NCBI GenBank assembly: GCA_963834525.1
Contig: CAWICA010000002.1
Location: forward strand, 36,666 to 100,665
DNA from: Bryobacterales bacterium
Lineage (GTDB): Bacteria > Cyanobacteriota > Vampirovibrionia > Obscuribacterales > Obscuribacteraceae
Reading direction: 5' to 3'
Length of the DNA: 64,000 nt
Shown here: piece by piece, positions 1 through 9,648 of the stretch
Numbering within the stretch: the stretch's first letter is position 1
Layout: every line of letters begins with the position of its first letter
Made by a program: the position numbers and the translations under genes
Notes under the pieces: model-generated
Seen by the model: the letters and a program-made list of their open reading frames with translations, nothing else
Told to the model about the DNA's origin: nothing
Databases searched by the model: none

Positions 1-194
1 ACAACCAAAGTGAATATTCTAAACTGCCAGGGAAAAGCGCATGATTATTTGATTTGAATGTAAAGGCAGACTCAGAAGCCGCAAAGCAGGCTGCCCACTG
101 GCAATAGGAAAGATTACTCGATTTTCATGCCAACCATAAACAATGATCTATAGCGATGATCAGGGCGCATCAGCGACGATACAATTTCTGAGCA

Positions 195-1199
195 ATGAGT
201 CAATCAAATATGTCGACCAAAATTGCAGATGTTCAAGCCGAACTCGAGAAAGCTTTTGTAAACTGGCAATTTTTGCCCTATACCCGAATTTATCCTTCGC
301 GACAGGCGTGCGCGCAATCTTTAGCCTCACTTTTCAATTATTCTGAATCCTTTTCCGACAATGGATCAGTTTGGTTGGTACGCCTCGGTGAGCGGCCTGA
401 ATCGTCCTGGTTTGGTGGTTTACGGTTTTTACCGCTGGAAACCGAGGTTTTCGAAGAGCGAACAGCCAGGCTGGAAATTTTCTTTACTGCTGACCCTGAT
501 GCCGTGTCCCCGAGGTCCATGGAAACTGGCATCAGACTCTTAGAAAAGCTTCATGGCGTGGCCAGAGAGCACAAAATCAGACACATCTCTTGTGCGGCGT
601 ACGCTGGTGATACTGCCATTTCTAATGCCGTGGAAACAGTTGGCTATAGAATGACAGACTCCATAGCTTCCTATCATCTACCGATTAAAACACCTCCAGC
701 GGGTGACGATCCATTCATTGGCGAAGCAGTGCCTGCCCACGTCGAGCGACTAGAACAGATCGCGTATGCATGTTTTTCGAATCGGTCACAAAATATCAAT
801 CGATTCAATAGCGATATTGGTCTCGGCCACGAAAGCGTAGGGCGGCTCTACTCACGTTTTGTTCGCGACGCGGTCTTAGATCATCAAGCCGATCTCACCC
901 TGGTGTACAAAGAGCAAGAACTGCCAACCGGTTTTATGACCTTCAAATTGGATAGAAAGCACAAAGGCGATACCACAGAGAAACTGGGGCGGGCTATACT
1001 CAGCGCAGTAGAGCCAAAGTTTCAAGGACACGGCACTTATAGAAAGCTTCTCATACGAGGCTGCCAGTGGCTCTCGGATCAGGGGATCACAGTCATTGAA
1101 GGCAAAACACAGCTATCTAACTATCGCGTCATTAAAGTATGGCAAGAGCTCGGTGCAGAACTAGCGTTTGCTTATCACACGCTACACATCACGTTGTAG
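195..1199 (+). CDS. WecD-like GNAT N-acyltransferase (nucleotide 4-amino-4,6-dideoxyhexose N-acyltransferase family), paralog 1 of 3
   Basis: 334-aa ORF. The C-terminal half follows the E. coli WecD (TDP-fucosamine acetyltransferase) pattern as I recall it: 'CFSNRSQNINRFNSD..LYSRFVRDAV..HQADLTLV', then a GNAT core ending 'EGKTQLSNYRVIKVWQELGAELAFAYHTLHITL'. Clear paralogs lie at 22556-23602 and 30206-31234. Confidence 0.6.
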   Translation: MSQSNMSTKIADVQAELEKAFVNWQFLPYTRIYPSRQACAQSLASLFNYSESFSDNGSVWLVRLGERPESSWFGGLRFLPLETEVFEERTARLEIFFTADPDAVSPRSMETGIRLLEKLHGVAREHKIRHISCAAYAGDTAISNAVETVGYRMTDSIASYHLPIKTPPAGDDPFIGEAVPAHVERLEQIAYACFSNRSQNINRFNSDIGLGHESVGRLYSRFVRDAVLDHQADLTLVYKEQELPTGFMTFKLDRKHKGDTTEKLGRAILSAVEPKFQGHGTYRKLLIRGCQWLSDQGITVIEGKTQLSNYRVIKVWQELGAELAFAYHTLHITL

Positions 1200-2514
1200 G
1201 GTGACGTCAGTGAAGATCGCTTTGTCGGATTTCATTAACAGAAGACGATCTGAGTTGCCGCCTGAGCCCACCGAGGCAAATTCTGCGCGTTGTCACCCGT
1301 CAACGATTGCAGCAAAGAAATTATTGGCGGCCTCCACCATCGCTTCGCTGATGGTGGCAATACTGCTTTTGTATTTGCCCGAGCAGTTTTTCAACGCCGA
1401 AACGGCCATGCATCATAGCGATTATCCAACTCATTTGGAAATCGCCCAGCAGATGCAACACACTCATACTATTTTGGTTCCGCATTTTTTGTACCAAGCG
1501 CTGGTCATTTTGATTCATTCGGCCATCCCTTGGTTTGATTGGATGATCGCTGGCTATTACATAGCACCATTGCTCTGTTATTTGTTTATGGGTTGGGCTC
1601 TCTATACTGTGATTGCTAAGTGGATTGGACCATTAGACTGCGCCTCGAAGGCGCTTACAGTCTTTATTTTGACGTTGTGCTTTATGATTGCCGGTCCAGT
1701 CAATTTGTTTAGTTATCCGCATTTGTACCTCGCCTACGCGGCTATGACTATGAACGTATACCACAATCCGACTATATTGTTGGCCAAGCCTTTTAGTCTC
1801 TTGGCGTTCGATCAAACAACCGAAATACTTCAGCTGAAGCAAAGAAAATGGCCCTTTGTTTTGTGCGCTTTGACGGTGCTCGGTCTCTTGTCCAAGCCGA
1901 GCTATCTCATTTGCTTCATTCCGGCACTGGTCCTATTACTTATTTATCGCTGTTTTCGCAAGCAATATACGAACTTGACGGCCATCATCTTTGGCGTGTT
2001 TGTTCCCTCCCTTTTGATTCTTTCCTGGCAGTATGTACTAATTTACACGCCCGGACATGCTGCATCCCTTTGGTATCATAGATCGATCGCGTTCGCACCG
2101 TTTGCCGTTGCAAGATACATTCCTGACTGCTATGGTCTGCATTTGATAGTGCTGCCGGTCCTGTCACTTTTGTTTCCGGCGCTTGTTTATCTTCTCTACC
2201 TGCCAGAGTCCCGCAAAGACCTCAGTCTCAACCTTTCCTGGCTGACTTACTTAATTTCTTTGACATATTTTCTCCTTCTTGCGGAGCTTTGCGGCGGAAA
2301 GGTTGACCTTACCGGCAACTTTTCCTGGGGGTGCCAATTATCGTATCTCATACTGTTTATTTATTCGACTTTATTTCTGTTGCGATGGGAGAGATCTGAT
2401 CAACGACGTCGCCGGACGATAGGGCAGTGGCTGGCACTCGCTGGCTGTTTTCTAACATGGTCACTGCACATCGTTGGTGGTTTGCTGCTCTATCTGCACC
2501 CATACTCTTGGTAA
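1168..2514 (+). CDS. Polytopic inner-membrane protein, GT-C-fold glycosyltransferase or Wzy-like (paralog of 23712-25007)
   Basis: 448-aa ORF with roughly 11-12 hydrophobic segments. The loop-1 motif 'HHSDYPTHLEIAQQM' and the later 'LLSKPSYLICFIPALVLLLIYRCFRKQ' are conserved in the paralog ('SYDYDMHLMYAAQMM', 'LLAKPNYVLALAPVVAIVTTFYFFKKQ'). The start is uncertain: the ORF overlaps the upstream gene by 32 nt, and GTG at 1201 is an alternative. Confidence 0.45.
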   Translation: MLITRYTSRCRVTSVKIALSDFINRRRSELPPEPTEANSARCHPSTIAAKKLLAASTIASLMVAILLLYLPEQFFNAETAMHHSDYPTHLEIAQQMQHTHTILVPHFLYQALVILIHSAIPWFDWMIAGYYIAPLLCYLFMGWALYTVIAKWIGPLDCASKALTVFILTLCFMIAGPVNLFSYPHLYLAYAAMTMNVYHNPTILLAKPFSLLAFDQTTEILQLKQRKWPFVLCALTVLGLLSKPSYLICFIPALVLLLIYRCFRKQYTNLTAIIFGVFVPSLLILSWQYVLIYTPGHAASLWYHRSIAFAPFAVARYIPDCYGLHLIVLPVLSLLFPALVYLLYLPESRKDLSLNLSWLTYLISLTYFLLLAELCGGKVDLTGNFSWGCQLSYLILFIYSTLFLLRWERSDQRRRRTIGQWLALAGCFLTWSLHIVGGLLLYLHPYSW

Positions 2515-2533
2515 TCACGAGTGGTAATGGTGA

Positions 2534-4288
2534 GTGTTAATGGCGAGCGACCCAAAAGTAGAATCTCCCGATATCCGATCGCCAAAATCGATTCCGCACG
2601 ACCAAGCAAGATCAATACACCTAGCTCCTATGACTAAAATTGAATTGACTATTCTCTTTGTGATTTCGCTGCTCCTCTGCTTGCTAGGATACCGGCTCAC
2701 GCTAGGAGTGGGTTTGAGCGACGAGTCGTTTTACTTGACCATGGCAGAATCAGTTATCGCTTGGGGTAAACCCTTTACTGTCATTGAAAATCTTGCGCAG
2801 ATTTCCGCCTTGCTCGTTGTGCCGTTCGTAATTTTCTGGCAGTCAGGATTGCACATGGGTAGCGATGGGATTATTCTCTTCCTTCGTTTTCTCTACTTGA
2901 TCCTAGCTTGTACGTCTTCATTTTTTCTGTTTGTCTATGCCAGAACTCGGCTCGATCGACCCGTCGCTCTTCTTTTATCAGTATTGCCGGTGGTATGGAT
3001 TCCTTACGGATTGCCGGCTTGTTCATACAATACTTTGGGTGAGAACTTTTTTCTCATTGGTCTTATTTTGCATTGCCTTAGTCCAAGTATTGGCGAGATT
3101 CGGCAAACTGCTACTCAAAATTTATTGTCTATTCTTGCTCCGTTGCCGTTCATCATCGCCTGCATCGCCTATCCGACATTTGCTCTGCCGATCATCGCTT
3201 TCTTGGCCATTACTTACTTTTTCTCGCCCAGCTCGCAGGCAAAAAGACAAGCGAAACTATCAGCACTTCTGATCATTGGCATTGGTCTGCTTATCGCTGT
3301 CTCAGTAATTCTCCTGTGTGGATGGGAAAACATCGACCGCGCATTGGTGATCATGAGTGAGTTTGAGAAAGCTTATAGCACGCTAAAACATGACCTGATA
3401 AAGCAGCAATTGCTGACCGGAAATTTCCCGTTCCTCTCGTTTTTTTCATTGCTGTGCGGTAGTGTCACAGCCTTCACAAAAAACCAAGTGTTAAAGAACT
3501 GGGCAATTATCGCTTTTTGCGCTGTGCTGATCATGGCTGCGAGCATACCAAGTTCTATGTATTTGCAGTCTCATACTGCCATTATCTTATTGGCCACTTT
3601 CTTGTCACCCTTATTGTTCAGCAAGCAAGAGATTCCGTTTACAATCAGAACGGCTATGGTTTGCTCTTTGTTGGCGGCAGCGATCACCACTAGTTGTAGC
3701 ACCACCATTTTTTATGCTTTTCCCTTAGGTGCATTTCCTTTTGTTTGTTTTGGTCTATGTGAAATTTTGCGGACTTTATTTGACGCCTCAGGTCGCTTCA
3801 CAAAACCAATCGCCTGGATACTTATAGGCACGATCGTTGCAGTCTTATTTTCAAGTTCCTGGCAATTCCTTTTCGGTGAGAGCTCTTTTAACCTATGGCA
3901 AAGCGAGCGAGTGCCTAACGGTGCATTTCGCTGGTTACGGACCTCTCCCCAGAAGAGACAACTTATCCTGGATCTGACCCGGGACTTTGCTGCTCTCGAT
4001 GGCCACTGTCGGACAATTTATGTCGCCGGACAACCAGGCATATATCTTTGCTCAGGATTAAAGCCTCTTGACCCGATGCTCTTTCACGTCCCACAGACTG
4101 AAGCGCTGAAACCAATTTTGCGCAAGTATTATGATTGGCATGGTCCGCCAGATGTATTCGTATGGGTACCTGACATAGGTTTTGGAAATTTGACCAGCTT
4201 TGATCAAGAGCTGCTAGCTAAATACTACTCGCCGCTAGTTAAACGAAAGGGATACACCATATTTCAATTGAACAAGAACTGGCGCTAA
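2534..4288 (+). CDS. ArnT/PMT-like GT-C-fold membrane glycosyltransferase
   Basis: 584-aa ORF with at least 10 hydrophobic segments followed by a soluble C-terminus of about 130 aa. The acidic motif 'LSDESFYLTMAESV' directly after the first TM resembles the loop-1 DE..Y motif of ArnT/PMT-type enzymes. It sits beside an ArnC/GtrB-type GT2 and a sugar aminotransferase. ATG at 2540 is an alternative start. Confidence 0.5.
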   Translation: MLMASDPKVESPDIRSPKSIPHDQARSIHLAPMTKIELTILFVISLLLCLLGYRLTLGVGLSDESFYLTMAESVIAWGKPFTVIENLAQISALLVVPFVIFWQSGLHMGSDGIILFLRFLYLILACTSSFFLFVYARTRLDRPVALLLSVLPVVWIPYGLPACSYNTLGENFFLIGLILHCLSPSIGEIRQTATQNLLSILAPLPFIIACIAYPTFALPIIAFLAITYFFSPSSQAKRQAKLSALLIIGIGLLIAVSVILLCGWENIDRALVIMSEFEKAYSTLKHDLIKQQLLTGNFPFLSFFSLLCGSVTAFTKNQVLKNWAIIAFCAVLIMAASIPSSMYLQSHTAIILLATFLSPLLFSKQEIPFTIRTAMVCSLLAAAITTSCSTTIFYAFPLGAFPFVCFGLCEILRTLFDASGRFTKPIAWILIGTIVAVLFSSSWQFLFGESSFNLWQSERVPNGAFRWLRTSPQKRQLILDLTRDFAALDGHCRTIYVAGQPGIYLCSGLKPLDPMLFHVPQTEALKPILRKYYDWHGPPDVFVWVPDIGFGNLTSFDQELLAKYYSPLVKRKGYTIFQLNKNWR

Positions 4289-4325
4289 GCAAGAGAACTT
4301 CCTATCCCAAACGAGATCAGTCAGT

Positions 4326-5042
4326 TCATCCGTTCTCTTCTAAATAGATGCGTTGCTGGTACCTAGGCTTGATCAACGCAAAAGCATGTTTTACCAGTTT
4401 CACAAATGTATAACCGGATTTGCCCAATTTTCTAACCTCGTGCCGCACAGTCACGCTTGTAAAATTGCTTGTGGCCCGGGTAAGCAGTAAGTCAATGTGG
4501 ACTAGAGGGCCTCTGTGAAAAGCAGAGGTACGAACAAGAACGGACCTAAAAGCGCGAAAAGCACTCATTTGACGAGCAGCTTCACATCCCATCTCTCTTT
4601 CAAGCAGTATTCGGACTACCGACGATCCAAGAACACGCCACAATCTTTGCTCAACTTTGCGCGGTCGACCATAGACAAGGTCATATCCTTCTTGCAGCTT
4701 ACGCAGAAGTTTTAAGATTTCAGAGGGAGGGTATTGCAAGTCATCATCTATGGTGACAATGACGTCATTGACCGCAGCCTGTATGCCGCAAAGTGTGGCG
4801 TTGTGTTGCCCGTAATTGCGAGCCAAGTTGATTCCCTTGATCCAGTCATGCTCATCGACGAGAGCCGAGATAACTGACCAACAAGCATCAATACTAAAGT
4901 CGTTGACAAGAATTAATTCGAATTTCAGCCCTTGTTCTGCCGACAACACCGTGTAAACAGCTTCGACAAGCTGACGCAAACTGCCAGCGCTATTGTAGAC
5001 GGGAACAACAACCGAAACTGAACGGGTGATGACTTCGGACAC
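4326..5042 (-). CDS. GT2 polyprenyl-phosphate glycosyltransferase (ArnC/GtrB/DPM1-like) without the usual C-terminal TM hairpin
   Basis: 'VSVVVPVYNSAGSL..ELILVNDFSIDACW..NLARNYGQHNATLCGIQAA..VTIDDDLQYPPSEI' is the ArnC/GtrB-type signature. The ORF stops at 238 aa just after 'SGYTFVKLVKHAFALI', where homologs continue into two TM helices. Only 37 nt separate it from the convergent gene. Confidence 0.7.
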   Translation of the reverse strand: MSEVITRSVSVVVPVYNSAGSLRQLVEAVYTVLSAEQGLKFELILVNDFSIDACWSVISALVDEHDWIKGINLARNYGQHNATLCGIQAAVNDVIVTIDDDLQYPPSEILKLLRKLQEGYDLVYGRPRKVEQRLWRVLGSSVVRILLEREMGCEAARQMSAFRAFRSVLVRTSAFHRGPLVHIDLLLTRATSNFTSVTVRHEVRKLGKSGYTFVKLVKHAFALIKPRYQQRIYLEENG

Positions 5043-5082
5043 GCCTTATAGCTCCTGATGAGAGATCACGTTATGCCTGTGC

Positions 5083-6240
5083 CTATGTCTTGAAAAAAGA
5101 GCGAATAATTTCGCAGAACCATTTTATCTCTTCTAAACCAATATCCTGTCCGGTTGGTAAGCACAGAACCTGCTCTGACAATTCTTCAGTGACAGGCAAC
5201 TTCCAGTTTGCGTCCTTATACGGTGGGAATTTATGCAAACCCGGATAGAAATAGCGGCGCGCCATGATCCCCTCATTTTGTAAGCGCGCCAGTAACGGCT
5301 CCCGCTTCTCTTTGTCCACAAAGATGACTATGTACTGATAGTTTGAACTGACCTCGGTGGGGAACTCTAGAAGCCGGCATTCGGGGGGTAAATACTGCTT
5401 GTAGCAAAAATAGTTTCGCCGATTGATCTCGATGATCTTAGACATGCACTCCAGGTTGGTCAGGGCCATGGCCGCATGTATCTCTGAAAGTTTCGCATTA
5501 GTCCCCAAACAATCGACTTTATCGTAGTCAACGAAACCAAAATTTCTCGCCAATCGGAGCTGCTTCGCAAGAAGAGCATCGCTGGTCGTGATTAAACCAC
5601 CTTCAAAGCCGTTGATAAATTTAGTGGCGTGCAAAGAAAACACCTCAGCATCGCCGAAACCACCGTCCCATTTGCCATTCCAACGACAGCCAAGTGAATG
5701 AGCGGAATCGAAAATCAGCTTGAGTTTATGCTTCTGCGCTAATTCCTCAAGTTCATCGATATTACACATTCCACCATAGACGTTCACAGCGAGGATTGCC
5801 TGTGTATTGCTGTTTATGAGCGGCTCAACAGTGTCTTTGGAAATCGAACAAGTCTTCTCGTCGATGTCACAAAAGATTGGCTTGAGGCCGACATTAGCTA
5901 TTGCATGGCCGCTCGCAACAAATGTAAACGAAGGGACGATCACTTCACCTTGCACACCCAGAGCTTTGAACAAGATCTCCAGGCCGATTGTGCCATTGGC
6001 CACTGCTATGCAATGTTTAGTGCCGAGTATTTTGTTGGTCTCTTCTTCCAAACCAGCAACAAAGCGGCCATTATTAGTAAAGTTGCGCTCGCTGAGAATT
6101 TCCTCTACGCGTTTGAGAAATAGCTCGCTGTCCATCACATTGGGACGGCCGACAAGATACTGAGCGCTCGCTACGACTGAGCCGTTCTTCTTGACAATTG
6201 ATTGATTATTCGCTAATTCTCGCGACACAGGCAAAGGCAT
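5083..6240 (-). CDS. DegT/DnrJ/EryC1/StrS-family PLP-dependent sugar aminotransferase
   Basis: 385-aa ORF with 'NGTIGLEI', 'FDSAHSLG' and the PLP-lysine context 'FSLHATKFINGFEGGLITT'. Confidence 0.85.
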   Translation of the reverse strand: MPLPVSRELANNQSIVKKNGSVVASAQYLVGRPNVMDSELFLKRVEEILSERNFTNNGRFVAGLEEETNKILGTKHCIAVANGTIGLEILFKALGVQGEVIVPSFTFVASGHAIANVGLKPIFCDIDEKTCSISKDTVEPLINSNTQAILAVNVYGGMCNIDELEELAQKHKLKLIFDSAHSLGCRWNGKWDGGFGDAEVFSLHATKFINGFEGGLITTSDALLAKQLRLARNFGFVDYDKVDCLGTNAKLSEIHAAMALTNLECMSKIIEINRRNYFCYKQYLPPECRLLEFPTEVSSNYQYIVIFVDKEKREPLLARLQNEGIMARRYFYPGLHKFPPYKDANWKLPVTEELSEQVLCLPTGQDIGLEEIKWFCEIIRSFFKT

Positions 6241-6335
6241 GAGAGATCCCGCTTGAAACCTTAATAAGGTTACATGGTACTAGCCCCACCCTAAAAGGAG
6301 TGTTTCTTAATATGCCGTCTGGTAGTCAAATTGAG

Positions 6336-7493
6336 CTACCTGGCAACCGCTTCCAATTCGCGTCGAAGCAGTTCAATTCTGGGACGCAACTGCGCATCAG
6401 TGTTGTATAGCTTGCGGAACGCAGCTTGCCCCGCTTTTTTTAACGCGGCAAGTTTTTTTCGGTCAGTGATGTATGAAGCGGCGATGTGGGCAATTTCTGA
6501 GGGCGAATGCCCAATCACGACTATTTCTTCTCGATCTTTGAGATAAAAATTTTGCCAGAGACAATCGGTAGCAAATATTGCCACTTCTTGCAGTCCCGCT
6601 TGGACGGCTGCTCCAGTGGGGAAGCCGTCAAATAGACCATGGATTGGATAACCAGCACGATTGGGTGAGATGAGAATGTCCATCTTTTGAAAGAACTTCA
6701 ATAACGCGCCGGTAGGCATCGGCATATGGAAATTTACTCGCTCTGATACATCATCATCACGAATGTCGCCTCGTTCGTAATCGCCGACGACGTGGAATTG
6801 CACCTTGAGGTTCAGAGAAATTAGCCTGCGGACAACGTCCATAAAAATATCGTAGCCTCTGTCTCGACCGTCCTCAACGTATTTACCGGAGACAAAACAA
6901 ATGTCGCAGGCACCATCGTCGACCATCTGGGCGTTGCCATTTCTTGATTCTCGCGAAGTCTCTTGCAAAAATTCCTCAGGCACCACCACCCCAGGAATAA
7001 GGGCAATTTGCTCCTCACGACAATACTGTCCGCCAAGTAAATAGTCCCTGGCGAATGGTTGGGTGACGATCACTTTGCGGAAATTCGGCAGCGACAAGAT
7101 TCTGCGCAATACTCCGTTAGATGCTTTGTGATAGGGCTGGAACGAACCACCAGGATAGAGTGTAAACACAAACGGGATCTTGCTTTTGATCAATTCTTTC
7201 CGGAATGTCTGGCAATTGCCGAGAAACACCATATAAAGCAACTCGGCAAAGTCAGCTAGATTTCTTTCGCCAGGTTGAAGAGATGAGACTCGTCCCTCAT
7301 ACTCTCGATGATGATCGACAAAATCGTCGATTAGTTTTGCAACCGGTTTGGTCTCACCTAGCGAATGCAGCTCGTCGCCGCTGGAGAGCACCACTGAGTC
7401 TTCTATGTTATCTAGATAGGCCGTAAATTCTGCGTACCTGGATGCAGATAATGGCGAAGGAAACACGTTGTCCAAAATTGCTAATTTAGGCAT
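6336..7493 (-). CDS. Divergent glycosyltransferase, GT-B fold (GT4-like)
   Basis: 385-aa soluble ORF. The C-terminal half ('FHVVGDYERG..MDILISPNRAGYPIHGLFDGFPTGAAVQAGLQEVAIFATD') has the layout of a GT-B donor-binding domain. The family assignment is weak. Confidence 0.45.
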   Translation of the reverse strand: MPKLAILDNVFPSPLSASRYAEFTAYLDNIEDSVVLSSGDELHSLGETKPVAKLIDDFVDHHREYEGRVSSLQPGERNLADFAELLYMVFLGNCQTFRKELIKSKIPFVFTLYPGGSFQPYHKASNGVLRRILSLPNFRKVIVTQPFARDYLLGGQYCREEQIALIPGVVVPEEFLQETSRESRNGNAQMVDDGACDICFVSGKYVEDGRDRGYDIFMDVVRRLISLNLKVQFHVVGDYERGDIRDDDVSERVNFHMPMPTGALLKFFQKMDILISPNRAGYPIHGLFDGFPTGAAVQAGLQEVAIFATDCLWQNFYLKDREEIVVIGHSPSEIAHIAASYITDRKKLAALKKAGQAAFRKLYNTDAQLRPRIELLRRELEAVAR

Positions 7494-7520
7494 CGAATTC
7501 CCTAATAAACATTGCCGCCG

Positions 7521-8750
7521 TTATTTGTCAGTTTTTCTAGGCAGAGTGCGGCCGTACACTAAACGTGCGCGAAACTGCCGGATTGGAGCGGTCATCCGCC
7601 AGGACTCCGATCTAAGCAATTTGTTGTGTTCATTTCGCAGCTGTTCTAATTCCGCATTCAAGGATTCAATCTTCTGATGAAAATGCTTTTTCTGCTGCGC
7701 GAATTCCTTATCGCAAATGGTCCGCATTTCATCAAGACCGCGTTTGTGTGCTCTAGCAGCTTTTTCTCTTGCCTCGGCAACTGCATGACGCCTCCACCAA
7801 TTTAAGCGCGAGATATACCAGCCAATTTCAAAAACGATACGGATGTAATCTTGCAGCATTTCTTCGGAACCCCAGTGTTCCATTTCCTTAGCTGCTTCAA
7901 GCACATCTGCTGGAGTAATGTTCGATTTGTACACTTGATCAAGCGTTCTAACAATATGCCTGAAGGCAACGCCATTGTGATCAGCCCAATGATCGCTGTA
8001 AAAATCCCCGTCCTCACAACTGATTTCTTGCGCGACGCAAAATTTACTGAATGAATCGCGCAAAATGACGAAATCATGCAGGATAAGAAGTGATTCCTTG
8101 ACCTTGTTGGATTCTGTTTGGTGTTCAAATTTACGCACATTGCTCAGACATTGAGACAGGAACATGTAATCGCCTTTCGCCGCCAGGCGGAAGAAAAATT
8201 CAAATGGGGCCAAAAAATAGTACCGTTCGTCGAAACCATCGAGCGCATAATCTCGGCGAAAGCAGCATGAAGACATGTGTTCAAAGTTCGGCTTGAAATC
8301 GAGAAGCGCATGCTTAGCTACCTCAGCCCCAGCGACTAATGTGTCAGCCTCTTTTGCCGTCCTCTCTGAGATGTAGGCGCCTTCGTGAGTGACAAATCTA
8401 CAAGACGAATCCGCTAAGACCAAATCGGGGCATAGAGCGAAGGCCCTGGCAAATGTTTTTAGGCAATCTTTCTCCAGGTAGTCCTTAGCAGATAAAAACT
8501 GAATAAGAGAGCCTCGGCTTTCCTGCAGAGCGCGGTTAAGTTTCTTTGCGGAACTACCAGAAATGTCAATTTTCCGCAGGCGTGGCTCCGAATGGCAGAG
8601 CTTCTTAGCATATTCGTGAGTACCGCCTTGGCTGTCACTGCAAATGAGCAGCTCAAAATCTGCAAAACTTTGGTTCAAGACGCTGTCTACGGCCTGACTA
8701 AGGTATGGTTCATCAGGTTCGGCGGCAATACACACCGAGATTAAGGGCAT
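7521..8750 (-). CDS. GT2-like protein with C-terminal coiled coil and S-W-R tail (paralog family with 12521, 15186, 58980, 63525)
   Basis: N-terminal 'ISVCIAAEPDEPYLSQAVDSVLNQSFADFELLICSDS' (GT2 fold). 'FLSAKDYL' sits at the position of the DXD motif. The C-terminus is heptad-like, 'KIESLNAELEQLRNEHNKLLRSESWRMTAPIRQFRARL'. Confidence 0.6.
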   Translation of the reverse strand: MPLISVCIAAEPDEPYLSQAVDSVLNQSFADFELLICSDSQGGTHEYAKKLCHSEPRLRKIDISGSSAKKLNRALQESRGSLIQFLSAKDYLEKDCLKTFARAFALCPDLVLADSSCRFVTHEGAYISERTAKEADTLVAGAEVAKHALLDFKPNFEHMSSCCFRRDYALDGFDERYYFLAPFEFFFRLAAKGDYMFLSQCLSNVRKFEHQTESNKVKESLLILHDFVILRDSFSKFCVAQEISCEDGDFYSDHWADHNGVAFRHIVRTLDQVYKSNITPADVLEAAKEMEHWGSEEMLQDYIRIVFEIGWYISRLNWWRRHAVAEAREKAARAHKRGLDEMRTICDKEFAQQKKHFHQKIESLNAELEQLRNEHNKLLRSESWRMTAPIRQFRARLVYGRTLPRKTDK

Positions 8751-8841
8751 TAAATGTACCTCTTAGTCGCTGCCAATGCGATTATCGATATTACACTACT
8801 CTTTTGCGTAATGACGCCCTGCTTCGGTGATTGACAGTTAA

Positions 8842-9648
8842 ATGGCGATACTTCAAGCGAATCCGTTAGTTAGTGTGGTTATCGCTTGCTATAACCAGAA
8901 ACAATTCTTGCGGTCACTGTTCAGTTCTTTGCTTGGACAAACTTATAGCAACCTGGAAATAATCTTTTTAGACGACTGCAGCCTTGACGATACTTGGGAA
9001 GCCAGTCGGCGGTATCAGGAGCAGCTCGAAGCTAAGTTTACGCGTGTACATATGGAACGGAATGCCACCAACCTTGGTGCCTTGCGAAACTTAGAAAAGG
9101 GTTTCGAAATGGTTTCCGGTGACTATGTATCGTATCTCGAAGCTGATGATTATTATTGTGCGACAAAGGTAGAAAGGAATCTGGAGTTTTTCGAGTCAAA
9201 TCCCTCTTACGGTGCTGTGCATTCAGACTATTATCTGGTGCAAGAGGACCTACAAGTATTGCCCAGGTTCGAAAAAAGCTGGATCGGCAAAGTTCCCTCT
9301 GGTTGGATCTTTGATGATCTGCTCACTAAAAGTTTCGTGCGCGCTCCCACTCTGATGGTTAGACGCGATTTTTTCTTGCGAGCATTCCAATTTGCCCTTT
9401 TTGAAAAGCGCGATTATCGAATGGGTGATTATCCAGGATTGCTAATGCTTTCGCAGATGACAAAAATCGGTTTCATTGAGGATCCGCTCGTATTCTATCG
9501 TGTGCTCGAAGTATCGATGAGCCATACACCGGTGCCCGGCGAAAAAGCGGCATTGATGAAAGCAGTGGAAAAAGTACAAAGGGATGCTCGTATGGGCAGG
9601 CTCAATCCGCAAGACCTAGCGCCCCGACTGGAGTTGAATCGCTGCTAG
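8842..9648 (+). CDS. GT2 glycosyltransferase (paralog of 14256-15026)
   Basis: 'VSVVIACYNQKQFLRSLFSSLLGQTYSNLEIIFLDDCSLDDTWE' and 'YLEADDYY' (DXD). It aligns along its length with the 14256-15026 product. Its 3' end overlaps the convergent gene by 47 nt. Confidence 0.8.
   Translation: MAILQANPLVSVVIACYNQKQFLRSLFSSLLGQTYSNLEIIFLDDCSLDDTWEASRRYQEQLEAKFTRVHMERNATNLGALRNLEKGFEMVSGDYVSYLEADDYYCATKVERNLEFFESNPSYGAVHSDYYLVQEDLQVLPRFEKSWIGKVPSGWIFDDLLTKSFVRAPTLMVRRDFFLRAFQFALFEKRDYRMGDYPGLLMLSQMTKIGFIEDPLVFYRVLEVSMSHTPVPGEKAALMKAVEKVQRDARMGRLNPQDLAPRLELNRC

Noticed and set aside
143-346. Track ORF 143-346 (+), which overlaps the start of the first GNAT gene.
   Set aside because: It is in a different frame from the 334-aa GNAT ORF, which has two clear paralogs in the window. 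It has no recognisable features.
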